Assembly: GCF_006345805.1 (NCBI RefSeq)
Contig: NC_043004.1
Location: 3,410,001-3,474,000 of the forward strand
DNA: 64,000 nt
Source of the DNA: Octopus sinensis
Lineage: Eukaryota
Reading direction: 5' to 3'
Shown here: one piece after another, positions 38,618-51,429 of the stretch
How the letters are laid out: each line of letters opens with the position of its first letter
How positions within the stretch are numbered: the first letter of the stretch is position 1
The notes under the pieces: generated by a model
Told to the model about the DNA's origin: nothing
What the model saw: only the letters and a program-made list of their open reading frames with translations
Databases searched by the model: none
Position numbers and translations under genes: made by a program

Positions 38618-40174
38618 GCGTTTAATGAACAGTGGTAGATGATGCCTTTTTTTTATTTAGTTTTCAAATGTCCTCCAGAAACTATTCTCATGTATTATTG
38701 TCCACTGAAAAACTCTTGTACTCAATTTGTTTACGTTGGTAATTTTTGAAGAAAATAACAAATTTAGGATTAAAAACAAATAAACAACAAAAACTAACCC
38801 CCCGCCCATCGTATCCACGAATGACGTGTTTCGTGCAACTTTCTTTACTTTCTGACTCTTCGGGGGAATTTCTGGCAATTTTGTTATATTTCTCTCATTA
38901 TGGATACTGTGTGTGTGTGTGAGACTGTGTGTGTGTGTGAATGTATTTTAGGTGCGTGTGTTTGTTTTGTTTTGCTTTTTATGTTTCAAAGAATGTTTAC
39001 AATCTTCAAGTCTTTTTATTATATACCCTATCATACAAATGTGTGGTTGGAAAGCAAGTAACGTATATGGCATACACATACATATATACATACACACAGA
39101 CACACACACAAACACACACACACGTGTATATATATAATACATCTATATATATACACATACATGCAGATATATGTATGCATGTATGTTGTATGTATAGATT
39201 GATAGATAGATACATACATAGATGTGTGTCAGTGTGTGTGTATGTACGAATATATACGATGTTATATAATATAAAGGTGAATATATCTGGGTGTAATTGG
39301 TATGTATATACATTTACCAAAACGTTTATATATATCTGAGTATTTATATGCCTATATATATATGTGTTTTAGTATGCGTGTGTATGTATGTATGTATGTA
39401 TGTATGTATGTATGTATGTATGTATGTATGTATGTATGCATGCATGTATGTGTTGTGTGTATGTGTATTTGTATGTTAATGTTTGCGTGTGTTAATTTGT
39501 TTATTTTAGCGTGCAAGTGATGTGTGCTCATCAATAGGAAAAGAAAAAAAAAAAACATTCTTGTTTGATTCTTGTTTCATGTGTTCTTTGTGTTGTGTTA
39601 ACAAAACTATTCCTTGGAATAATACATCTGCACAAGACCGAAAGAACAGTCCAAACTTCACAGGAAATCTATCATGTTATGTCAAAAGAACAAGGACATA
39701 CCACAGAAATATTTGAAACAATTTCAAAGAAATTCTACACCTATATTTTCTAAATGAGTGAATCCTTTGTAAGATACTTTATCTCAAAAACTTTCATTAT
39801 CAGTCATTATAATGCAATATTGGTTATTCACTGCCTTGTAATTCCATATCAGCCGCGTCTGTCCTATAAGGGATATCACACATTGAACTTTATTCCTTAC
39901 ATTGTCCCACTTATCTTACAGCGTTTCCCTATTTCCATTCTTTTATTTTTTGTATGTTGACCATTTTTAGTGAACCAACACAATTTCAATCCTATCAAGA
40001 TTTCATCTCTTTATATTAGAAGTGAATACAATGACTAAGTTCAGGTGGATATAAGGGGTTCAGAACTTGGACCAAATATACATACCAAGGTATTTTGTAC
40101 GACTTAAATTTATCGTCGATTTATAGTCGATATATACCCTAACCCTTCACATTCGCAAACGTACACACTGGATA

Positions 40175-40390
40175 CACAAGGGGCTACACACAGAGGGTAC
40201 AAACAGGGACAGACAAAGGTATTAAGTCGATTACATCGACTCCCAGTGCTATCTGATACTTAATTTATCGACCCCGAAAGGATGAAAGGCAAAGTCGACC
40301 TCGGCGGAATTTGAACTCAGAACGTAACAGCAGACGAAGTACTGCTCAGCATTTCGCCCCGCGTGCTAACGTTTCTGCCAGCTCGCCGCC
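40175..40390 (-). mobile_element. SINE-A, tail type A
   Basis: Head-to-tail match to 3167-3395. Confidence 0.88.
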
Positions 40391-40710
40391 ATAATTAGAT
40401 TGATCTAATTTCCTCTGATGTTTTGTAGATGTACAGAGGCCATTTTGATACGGATATTTCGGCGATTAATTACACACCTTGGATCTACTTTTTGTGACCC
40501 TAACAGCGTGAATAAAATCAGTACCATTCTCTAAATAGCTTTCCCATTGAAGACGATTATATGCAGGTGTATAATTTTATGGATTTCTGGCCGCCAGCGA
40601 TATTATTCAGATACGGGGAAGATTATAGAAAATATTGTACATTTTAGTGTTTCCACGTGAAATTTCATTTACGCCTTATTTAGATTTAATAAAAATAACA
40701 GCGACAATAA

Positions 40711-40772
40711 ATGGCGGTGCCCCAGCATGGCCACAGCTCGTGAGCTGAAACTAGATAAGATAAGATAAGATA
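40711..40772 (+). mobile_element. Isolated CR1/SINE-B-type 3' terminus with (AGATA)n tail
   Basis: GGCGGTGCCCCAGCATGGCCACAGCTCGTGAGCTGAAAC-TAGATAAGATAAGATAAGATA. Confidence 0.7.
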
Positions 40773-40780
40773 AATAATAC

Positions 40781-40979
40781 CCTTTCTATTATTGGCACAA
40801 TGCCAGCATTTTGGGAGTGGGTGTGGCTAGTCGATTACCTACACACCAATTCTCGGCTGCTACTTATTTCGTCGATCCCAAAATTGACCTCGGCAGAATT
40901 TGAACTTAGAACGTGAAGACGGATGAAACGCCGTTAGGCATTTCACCCGGCATGCTAACGATTCAGCCAGCTCGCCGCC
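40781..40979 (-). mobile_element. SINE-A, tail type B, diverged
   Basis: Head CCAGCTCGCCGCC on the + strand; tail CCTTTCTATTATTGGCACAA. Confidence 0.8.
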
Positions 40980-41749
40980 ATTAATAATAATCTTTTCTAC
41001 TCTAAGCACAAAACCTTAAACTGGATTGCAACAAAACCAGTGAAGAACAGAGATAAAAGGTGGCACACGCATTTAATAGTCAGAGTAATCTTGCATTTGT
41101 GGGGTGCCTTGATTGGCCTTTAGTGGCTCTCCCTCTAGAGGACCGTCTTATTTCATTGCTTATAAGTATTATTGTTTTCATTATTTGTTTTAGTTTTTAT
41201 TTCCATTATTCCGATATTGTAGTGTTTTCTTAAGTTTTTTTCATGTGGCAAATAAAAATATTCTTGCCGCTTTTACCAGAGTCAACTTTGCTTTCATCCT
41301 TTTGAGGTCGATAAATCAAGTACAAGTCAAGACTTGAGACCGGTGTTATAGATAGGCACCTTCTCATCAAAATTGATCACGTTCTGCTAAATTCAGAAGC
41401 AATTCAGACGACCAGCTGACAGGATCGTTCAGGCAAGACTAATACCTCAGATTTCAGATAGAAAAATCTCAGAAGAATAGCAAAGGATATGCCTCCGGGC
41501 GTTATTAGACTGTGCAAAGTTGCAAATATTTCTCTAAAATCTGGATATTATTCTTGTGTAGTTGGCCATTGTTGTAAAATCAACCACTTCCAGGTTTTTT
41601 GCGTTTTTCTCAAAACATTTCTGATTATGAGTGGCAATCTTTAGATCACAATATCCCCGAGAATAATTGATGTAATGGGCTGAAATTTTGCATATGTATT
41701 ACTTTGATATTCGCGTAGATGCTGTTTTAGTGTGTGTTCATCTTCCAGA

Positions 41750-43454
41750 GGTCAAAAACTTTTGTCAGCTGTTCACTACCAGTGAACTAAGGTAACACTT
41801 CTTATTTTCCGAGCACCTTCCGGAGTATTCAACTGGTTCTAAGCAGTGCTGTTTTCTGCAAGTATTCCACCCTTATTACAGCCCCTATTTGTTCCACGTA
41901 CTTCTCGAGATTTTTGTTCACTGTTCCTAGGGCTCCGACAATTATTGGTACTACTGCTACCTTTTTCATAGACCACAACTGCTTAACTTCCCAAGCTAAC
42001 CTGTTATATCTCTCGGCTTTTCTTTCTTCCTTATCGCATTCCTTGTTGTCAGCTGGACATGCTATGTCTATGATCCAGCATCGTTTGCTTTCTTTTTCAA
42101 TTAAGACTATGTCCGGCTTGCTATTCTCTATCTCATGGTCGCACTGAATCATAAAATCCTATAGGATCGTTGCATTTCTATTTTCGAAAATGCCTTCAAG
42201 TTTGTGGTCGTACCAATTTTTTGCTCTGTCAAGTCCATACTTGTTGCAGAGTGTCCAATGGACAAGCCTAGCTATATTGTCGTGGCATAACTTATATTCC
42301 TTCTGGGCTAGCGGTGTACATTGGCTGGTAATATGCCATACGGTTTCACCGTTTTGTCCACAGAATCTGCACTTATCACTTTCTGCTGTGTTATCTATTC
42401 TGTATTTTATGTAGTTTGTTCTTAGTGCCTGCTCTTAGGCAGCACAGATTAGTCTCCGTTTCCGGTTTTAAATCACTTTTAGTCATCCACAGCCATCTTT
42501 TTTCTCCGTCTGTCTTATCTTCAACATCCCTATAAATTGACCATGCGTTCTTTTCTTTATCCACCTATTTTCAGTTTCATTCGCTTTCAATTTCTTGTAT
42601 AGTGCTTTATCTTTGCAATCTGATCTTCCTACTTCTAATAATAACGGTTCGGTGGTCTTTTTTACATACCATGCTATGTTGTTTTCTTCTTCTCTAATGC
42701 TGTGTTTGCATCCAATAAGTCCTCTTCCCCCTCTTTTTCTTGGTAGATACAGTCTGTCTGTGTCACTTTTTGGGTGGAGTGACCCATATCTAGTTAGCAA
42801 CTTCCTTGTCTTTCTGTCAAAGCTGTTTAGTTCGTCTACTATCCATGCGATTACCCCAGCTCCATATCTAAGGAGTGAAATTGCCCAGGTGTTGATAACT
42901 CCGATCTTATTCCGACTGTTTAATTTCGACTTAAGGATCAGTCTCAGTCTGCATAAGTACTCCACCTTAAATTTTTCTGTCATTTCTTTCTCCATCAATT
43001 TATCTGTGAACCAACATTGTTTTCTTATTGCTCTAGCTTGATCACATAATCTCTGTTCCGTGAGTTGAAACAATCCCTTTTCTCTCCAATGATCATACAT
43101 AGATTGTCGGTAACCCCTAATTTGAGCACCATTTTCATCTACCGGATTGCTCGGGTAGTAACACTCCATGATCATAGCATTCATTTGTTTGCTCCATCTA
43201 CGCCGTGTGTGGTGGTCCCTTTCTGGATATCGGCAGGCTGGAGCCGGACCAGAATCTCTGAGCCTACCGGGTGTGTCACTGTCACCATCATTGGCTTCAC
43301 TTTCATTACCACCGTTATTCACAATATTTTGTTTTTTCATTGCCACTCATATGAGGTAGCGAATATCAGGTTGCGCAATTACCTGTATTTTTATTGTGAC
43401 ACCATCACTAGGCGTATCATTGTGAGCCCATAAGGAGACTCCACCCGTTTCCTT

Positions 43455-43457
<3 letters not shown>
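41750..43457 (-). mobile_element. R4/Dong-like REL LINE derivative with 5' end, N-terminus, thumb, CCHC and REL nuclease but no RT palm
   Basis: RRWSK..IMECYY..GYRQSM..W..TEQRLCDQAR joined to EYL.RLRLILKSKLN..INTWA..RLYLPRKRGGRGL; CRFCGQNGETVWHITSQC at 42318-42371; KPDIVLIEK..IIDIACP..K..RY..L..E; (TAA)n at the 5' flank. Confidence 0.88.
42483..43346 (-). pseudogene. 287-codon fusion ORF of the Dong-like derivative (N-terminal domain fused in frame to the post-RT domain)
   Basis: ORF track; junction ..WFTD|KLMEKEM.. near 43002-43006. Confidence 0.75.
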
Positions 43458-43506
<49 letters not shown>

Positions 43507-44075
43507 TGATATCACTGGTATTATTGTTTTTGTGTAGTAGTAGTAGTAGTAGCAGTGGTTACAGCAACAGCAACATTAGCAAGGGTGGGGGTAGTGGTAA
43601 GGGTGATAGTTGGGCCCCAGATTCCTGTGCTATCATAATAGTAGTAGTTGTAGTATTATTGTAGTATTAGTAGTATTTAGTATCAGCAGTTGTAGCATAT
43701 TATTATTATTTTTATTTTTTATTTTTTTCATTATCACCATCACCACCACTGGTTGGGCAGCAGATTGGTGAATAGATCATATTCTACAGGTCTATAAATA
43801 GATTCGGAAAATGGCGAGGTCAGCCATAGAGACGAAAGGATCTTCGCATCCCTTCGGTTCAGCAGAGGTCAAATGCGTTTACCACTACCTGTGGCCGCTG
43901 ACAGCGCTGCCTTGAAAAGAAGCAATTCAACATGTTCTAGTCCATCGTTCTTCGGTTTTGTTATGGTTTCGTTCTTACGCTCATTGACATGTGTTCATGT
44001 TTCTTTCGTATTCATAATTATTATTGATGTGTAAGCGAGAGACCGAGAAGAGACAGCAATGTGCACATATATATA

Positions 44076-44139
<64 letters not shown>

Positions 44140-44378
44140 CGTAAAATGTAGAAAATTGAATGCACACGTGCGAAGAAAAATGTGCTCAATTAAACTAGGA
44201 AACCCGAACCTAAATAATATTCACCCAGCCCTAATTACCCAACGAAATTAACCAGTCTTCCACAAGCAAACCTCTACCTAGTGAATATACTAGCGCACGA
44301 ACAAAATTTAATGTAAGAATTACCACTTTTGTTTACATTACCATCACATATGTATCACCGATGCATCTATCTATATTC

Positions 44379-44429
44379 GCATTCTGAAGAGATTTACTTC
44401 AACCAGTAAACTGAAACGATCGTAAATGC
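44379..44429 (+). ncRNA. Minimal type I hammerhead ribozyme candidate, intact core
   Basis: GCATT-CTGAAGA-GATTTAC(ttcaacca)GTAAACT-GAA-ACGATCGT-A|AATGC. Confidence 0.72.
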
Positions 44430-44514
44430 TACCTTTATCTCTACTTCTTCCTCCTTTGTTATCTAAGACATACCAGCGAAAACCATGAGTTTCCCAGTAT
44501 TATTATATCCATTT

Positions 44515-44554
<40 letters not shown>

Positions 44555-44563
44555 TATATATAT

Positions 44564-44788
44564 AACAATTGCAGCGTGGAAGGTGTCTATAAGCCATTTA
44601 AGAAACGCACAAAACCGTTAGATTCAAAGCGACGAAATATTTTGACAAATTAAATTTAAATGTTGAAGTGAATCTAACGGTTTTGTGCGTTTCTTAAATG
44701 GCTTACAAACACCTTCCACGCTGCAATTGTTTTCGTTCCAGCACACGATCTCAGATCAAGTCACTCGCTATGCAAGTACATCTCCGTA

Positions 44789-44790
<2 letters not shown>
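44564..44790. repeat. Dispersed-repeat fragment with an inverted partial copy (63-bp arms, 42-nt spacer)
   Basis: 44564-44626 versus 44669-44731, 2 mismatches; flanked by (TA)n on both sides. Confidence 0.85.
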
Positions 44791-44853
<63 letters not shown>

Positions 44854-45019
44854 GTCTTGAATGAATATGGATATATATGTAATTAAAATATTAAATTTAA
44901 TATTCTACTCACAAATTTGCAGTTTTCGTATAGAAATATTGCAATCCATGTTTACATTTTCACGCACGTGTTGTTGTGGCGGCGTATCTGAGGGAAGTTT
45001 TTATTATTATTATTATTAT

Positions 45020-45233
45020 GAGGCAGCGAGTTGAAATAATCGTTAGTACACCGGGCAAAATGCTTAACAGTATTTCGCCCGTCGCTATGTCCTGAGTTCA
45101 AATACTGCCGAGGCCGCTTTGCATTTCATCCTTTCGGTGTCGATAAATTAAATACCAGTTGCGTACTGGGGTTGATATAATCGACTAGCCACTCACCATC
45201 AAATTTCGGGCCTTGTACCTATAGTAGAAAGGA
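45020..45233 (+). mobile_element. SINE-A, tail type B, between (ATT)n and (ATC)n
   Basis: Head, middle block and GGCCTTGTACCTATAGTAGAAAGG tail. Confidence 0.85.
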
Positions 45234-45442
45234 TCATCATCATCACCACCATCATCATCATCATCATCATCATCATCGCCTACTTATTTTCAAATTATTA
45301 CATGTATTTATATTTTAGCGAAACTACTATATGTTTATAAAATCCAATAATATCGAAGTTGGGCACTCAATCTCCAGGGAGAGGCCCACACTACTTAGAT
45401 ATTCATTCTTTATGAATATCTTCATAATGTAAGCAATATATA

Positions 45443-45478
<36 letters not shown>

Positions 45479-46038
45479 GTACACACACATATATATATAT
45501 ATAATGAGTACATATATATGTATATATATATATATACATATGTGTGCTCACACAGACGTGTATATACACCCACATACAGACACCCACATACACACACACT
45601 CGACGTGTATGTATACTAAATTACATCAAGGATTCATTCGTCTTTGTAGAGAGACTATAATTACAACGGTAATAACGTTATATTTTCTTTCCTTTTTTAT
45701 CATTATTATTATTTTTGGTGAGGAAAACAAGAAAATGAAATTGTAGAAAGAAGTATTTTATCGAGAGGAAGAAATAAAGTTTGAATATTTGCATTTTAAT
45801 ACGAAGCAAAATGTTCATGCTCAAAAACGCCCGGATATGTATGTATACGTGTGTGTCTGCGCGAGGGAGTGTGCATGTGTACGTTCAGTTATAGACGTAT
45901 TTGCATAAACATAATTATATATATATATACATATACATATAGATATATGCGTACATGTGTGTATGTGTGAACAATGGCAAATATGCATGCGTCTGTGTAT
46001 ACATTTACATACCTGTTCAACACATGTATCCGTATATA

Positions 46039-46070
<32 letters not shown>

Positions 46071-46079
46071 ACATACACA

Positions 46080-46132
<53 letters not shown>

Positions 46133-46414
46133 CTATATATATATATATAAATGTAAACATACTCTCATCTTAATTAAATAATGACTTTAAAACACCAATG
46201 ATCCACTTCTCATTGTTAATTATTGCTCCATTTCTTATCGTCCCTATGTATATTAAACCACAGTTTTACCTTTTAAATTATCTACTACCATATACCTTAT
46301 AACAAGGACCATAAATACTGAGGTAATATACCAGGTGTGCCTACGGATACATCTATCCCTTAGAAGGATACACTACCTCTAACTTATATCTTACGCAATA
46401 TATATATTTATATA

Positions 46415-46735
46415 AGTATTCTTTTATTTTCTTATTCATTAACTGATATCAGCTAGAAGCTGATGCCATGCTGGTGCACCGCCTTTCGGTGTTTTGGAAT
46501 CTCCTTTCGGTACTGTTTTTTTTTTTGGTGAAGAAACGAGTCGGACGCAGTTGCACTTTTTTTGTGCCTCCTGCCGCGACGTGGGCTCATCTGGGATTTC
46601 ACATAGAAATTGGTCCAGGTGCTCTTTGAACGTTTCCGCATCTACACCTTGCAAATCTCTTAGGTTCCTTGGCAGGATGTTGAAACAGTTGTTATCTCCC
46701 TAAAACCCAAGCTGTTGCAATAGTGCGTCCTTTGA
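46415..46735 (-). mobile_element. 3' end of a second CR1-group LINE family
   Basis: FNILPRNLRDLQGVDAETFKEHLDQFLCEIPDEP parallels LFNITPKY..FKKSLDRFLQEIPDKP of the 22964 LINE; 3' UTR GGCGGTGCACCAGCATGGC plus stem-loop. Confidence 0.8.
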
Positions 46736-46969
46736 GAAGAGACAGACAAAAGCACGTCTTGTCTTTAGGAAGTGAAAGAAAGAAAGAATGGTCGTTAGTC
46801 ACGTGTGAGCAACGAGGGAGTCACGGAGGAAGAGTGTGAGAGAGAGGGAACGGTGAAGAGGAGAGGAGAAGAATAGAGAAAGGATGGGAGAGAAAAACAG
46901 AAAGGAAAAGCAAGAGAGGGAGATAGGCAGAAAAGAGATAGAATAAGTGTGCGCATCGTAATTATTAAG

Positions 46970-47446
46970 ATAATTAGCTGCCCAGCGGATGTTAACTTAA
47001 AGCTGAAGATCAGTGATAAAGAGAAAACCTATGCTGAAATACTGAGAAATCTTCAGTTGCGCTATCCAGATTACAAGTTCAGGTTTATACCTGTAATTAT
47101 TGGGGTCCTGGGATATGTAACACACTGCCTAAATACCAATTTTGAGAAATTAGGCTTCTCAAAACCAGAAAGGAGAAAGTTAATTCGAAGACTACAGATC
47201 CGGTCCATCACTAGAACTGCAAAAATCTGTAAAACTTTCCAGAAGTTTATCCTTTAAATATATATGAGCATGTCTATATATGTAACATATGAGAATATAT
47301 ACATAAAACATACAAATCTGCACATACATACATACATACATACAAAAATACCCTGTATTGAAATTCCAATAAAGGAGCCTTGGATCTAGCTTAGAAACTG
47401 GTTCTTTCTCTATTGGCAAGAAATATTGGAATAAACTGAATAATGA
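46970..47446 (+). mobile_element. 3' end of an REL-type LINE (nuclease C-terminus and 3' UTR) followed by (CATA)n
   Basis: ISCPADVN..KEKTYAEILRNLQ..FIPVIIGVLG; highly similar to 60420-60760. Confidence 0.85.
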
Positions 47447-47478
47447 CATACAAACATACATACATTCATACATACATA

Positions 47479-47858
47479 TTCTTTTCTACTCAAGGCACAA
47501 TGCCCGAAATTTTAAGGAGGAAGCCAGTCGATAAGATCGACCCCAGTACGCAACTAGTACTTAATTTATCGACCCCGAAGGGATGAAAGGCAAAGTCGAC
47601 CTCAGCGGAATTTGAACTCAGAACGTAAAGACGGATGAAATACCTATTTCTTTATTACCCACAAGGTGCTAAACAAAGAGAGGATAAACAAAGACAGACA
47701 AACGGATTAAGTCGATTATATCGACCCCAGTGCAAAACTGGTACTTATTTAATCGACCCCGAAAGGATGAAAGGCAAAGTCGACCTCGGCGGAATTTGAA
47801 CTCAGAACGTAAGGGCAGACGAAATACGGCTACGCATTTCACCAGGCGTGCTACCGTT
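47479..47858 (-). mobile_element. SINE-A dimer: a tail-B copy joined at GAAATAC (47637-47643) to a tail-A copy
   Basis: Two middle blocks 180 bp apart; junction GGATGAAATAC-CTATTTCTTT. Confidence 0.85.
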
Positions 47859-47859
47859 T

Positions 47860-48493
47860 TTTGATGTAACAATCATAATATTCCGGTAACATGATGAGGC
47901 GAGATTTCTTTATTTGCATGAGGCTTTCATCATTTTGGTGAAGAAAGCCATCAATAGCAGATATAATGTCACCATCACTGTGATACTGTTTCCCAACCAT
48001 ATTGGGGGACAGATGATAGTGAGATGGGGACAAATCAGGAGAAGAGGTAAACTGGTCAACCAGTTCGAAGTCACGCGGAGCAGCCTTTGAAAGTGAGGAC
48101 TTGTGCATTGGAGCGTTGTCCTGATGAAACAAGACTCCTTTCGTCAGTTTTCTTGGGCGCTTGGTCTTGTTAGCAATTCATAGCTGCTGCACCAATTTGG
48201 TACTGTACTCTCCATTGATGGCGAGGCTCTTTTGAATGCCTTTTGCATCCCAAAATACTAAAGTCATCATCTTTCCTGCAGATAAAATGACCCTGGCCTT
48301 CTTTGGAACATTTTCAAGAGAAGTTGCGACTAGTTACTTTTGAAGTTTTCTTTGAGCAGTGAGGTCTCAGTTTACCTGGAACGAAACAATGCAATAACGA
48401 ATCAAAAAAATTGAAAGTAGCACATACAAGATTTCACAGCTCCAGCATCACTCCTTCATTGCCAGTCAATGAACTTTCCAGCCCAACTTCGCA
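47860..48493 (-). mobile_element. Internally deleted, decayed mariner (left TIR plus transposase C-terminal half)
   Basis: PKKARVILSAGKMMTLVFWDAKG, LFHQDNAP.H, SPDLSPSHYHL motifs; TIR-like GAAGTTGGGCTGGAAAGTTCAT. Confidence 0.85.
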
Positions 48494-48657
48494 TAATGTT
48501 GAGCTTTGATATTTATACAAACATGTACGCATAATTTCTTCTATTCTGAAATTAAAACTACATGAAGAAGGTTACGAAACGGTTGTAACCTTTGGAAGCC
48601 AAGAAGTTAAATATATCTTCACCTCAGTCAAATGCGCGTGTGTGTAAACACACAAAA

Positions 48658-48718
<61 letters not shown>

Positions 48719-49925
48719 TGTATACACACACATATATATACATATGTATATATGTGTGCGCGTGTATGTGTCTGCGTGCGGTTATACTTACATAAATATA
48801 AATATGTATAAATATGTACGTACGTGTATTGCATATATTTTGTATATATTACACATAGAGCTTACTACACATACGCACGCACACATTTATAGAAAGAGGA
48901 AGATACAGACAGACAGATAGATAAACAGACAGGCAGGCAGATACAGAGAAAGAAAGTGAAGAGAGAAGCAAGTGGTGTAATGTTCTGCTGCCTGAAGGCA
49001 ATGTGTAAGAAAGACTCGACTCTCCTTCAGAGATGGCGCAAGCTGGGTAAGCTGTGAAATGTTTGGCAACAAACGACTAACAGGCGAAAGAAAGGCTTTT
49101 TTTTTAAAGACGAGAAGGACAAAGATGAGGTAAGAATAAAGACATAATAATTGGAACTTCGACAGTAGCTTTTTTTTCTGGTGGAAACTGGCGAAAGATG
49201 GAGAGGATGAAGTAAGAGTTACAATATGAAGAGAATGGCGGCGGGGCGGGGGTGAGTCTGGAGGAGGCTTGGGAGAGAAATGAAAAGGGATTAAAACTTG
49301 CGTATGTCAGGAGGTGAGTAAGGGGTGGTACTGCGGATAAATGAGGGTGGGTGTAGCTAAAAGAAGGGAGTCTTGAGTTCGTGGTAAACCACTTCAAAGT
49401 GAAAAAGCCGTTGGTTGGTAATGTAACGGTCTGGGAGCAGTTTGAAAGACAAATAGAGGATGCATGGCGCGCGCCTGTGGATGTAGATGTGTCTGTGTGC
49501 ATATGTGTATATATGTAGATAACTGGGTGTATGTGTAAATGTGTGCATATGAATATATGGGTGTATGTGTATACTTGTGTAAATGTGTATATATGAATAT
49601 ATGTGTGTATGTGTATATTTGTGTACAAGTGTATATATCTGCGTAAGTAAATATATATGTGTTTATGTATATGCGTGTGTATCTATATGTGCGTGTGTGA
49701 GTGTGTATATATCTATACGTGTATGTGTATATATCTGGGTATGTGTGTACGCGTATATGTGTATATATATGTATGTAAATATGCGTTTGTGTTTATATGC
49801 GCATGTATTTATATATATGTACGTGTGTGTGAGTATGTGTATGTATTTGTGTATAATCTATGCACATATGTGTGTATATCTGGGTATGTGAATGTATGTA
49901 TGTATGTATATATATATATATATAC

Positions 49926-49987
<62 letters not shown>

Positions 49988-50241
49988 TTGTATGTGTATA
50001 TATCTGTGTATGTGAATACATGCATATATTTGAGTATATGCGTGTACACATATGTGAGTGTATATATGCGTGTGTTTGTATGCGGTGTGTGCGCATATAT
50101 ATGTGTGTGTGTTTGTATGCATGTGCGTGTGTGTGTGTGTGTGTTTATTGGGAAGCAAACATAACAAAGCTACCACTTCAACAAGCTGTCTTATTCTCGT
50201 TGAAGTACGTTCTGCTCATAATTCCATTACAATTCTCCTTC

Positions 50242-50339
<98 letters not shown>

Positions 50340-51393
50340 CATTCAATTATTAAATCCCTGAAAATCGTTATTCTATTTACTCAGTCACATGACAGGTTCC
50401 AGCTAAAAGTTGTGGCCAGGTTGGAGAAAAGCTATTATTATTATTATTTCTGCTTAGTGGGGTTTTCTTTTTTATTATTGTACTTTAGTTTCGTTTGGTT
50501 TTGTTTTTCGTTTTTTTTTTTGGGGGGGGGGGGTAGTAGTAGAAGAGAATACATTAAAGGGAGAGAAACATCCAGGTCCTGAACTCATTGTTCTTCACTT
50601 TCCTTTGCTTAAACGAAGGCACAGCTAAAATACATACGAGAAAGATTTCGTCAATTATGCATCAGACAAAATCTTGGGCTGACAACCACACCACAGGCAA
50701 ATAAAGAGAGAGAAAAAAACAAGGGAACTAATAAGGGGGGGGGCTTTATATGGTCACTTTGCCTGCTTAAAATTCCAGCCAAATCTTCCTCAGATCACCT
50801 CCTCCTTGGGTTGCGTAATCTTACGTACTTCACGCCTGACAAAAAAATAAGGTTTCGAAGCCTTTCATCTCTACTTGAAAAGGGCTGACATCAACAACAA
50901 CAACTATAAGAGTGAACAAAGGGAAGTATTATGAAGGAAGGTTAGGGAAAAACAGGGGACTCCTTGTTGGGGAACATAAAGCCTAAAGTTTTGTGTTGAA
51001 AGTATAACCCCAAAATGGTTCAGAGTTCACTGACCCTGTGGGGTGGTGTGGTGTAGAAACAATAAGATTCCAACACGGAATTAACAAGGGTTGCATCAAA
51101 TATTGTGTTTATATTTCGTTCTACGTTATTCCAAGTACAGCAGACATATTTTCAACGTGTTCCAGCAGTGACCATTTCATCTTTTATTTTTCAAACAATT
51201 TACTTTAGCACACGTTACGCAAAGCATATTCTTCCTACCTTTTTTGAATGTATGATGAAAATTGGGGGCCAATTTTCTAGCATGTTGTTTCTAGCATGTA
51301 GAATGGCTGCAAATAGGCTCGTTCCTTCAGTCAACGAAATATTGTTTCGTGCTTAGTCTGGTGTTTTACTGTTTACGAAAGCGACTCACCTAT

Positions 51394-51429
<36 letters not shown>

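Noticed and set aside
43350-43457. HDV-like ribozyme expected at the 5' end of an R4/Dong-like element
   Set aside because: I could not build the P1/P2/P3 nested pseudoknot by eye; an RNAbob/RNArobo search would be needed
43790-43915. TATA-like CTATAAATAG followed by AAAATGGCG and a 34-codon ORF
   Set aside because: Promoter-like words only; no independent support and the peptide is unrecognisable
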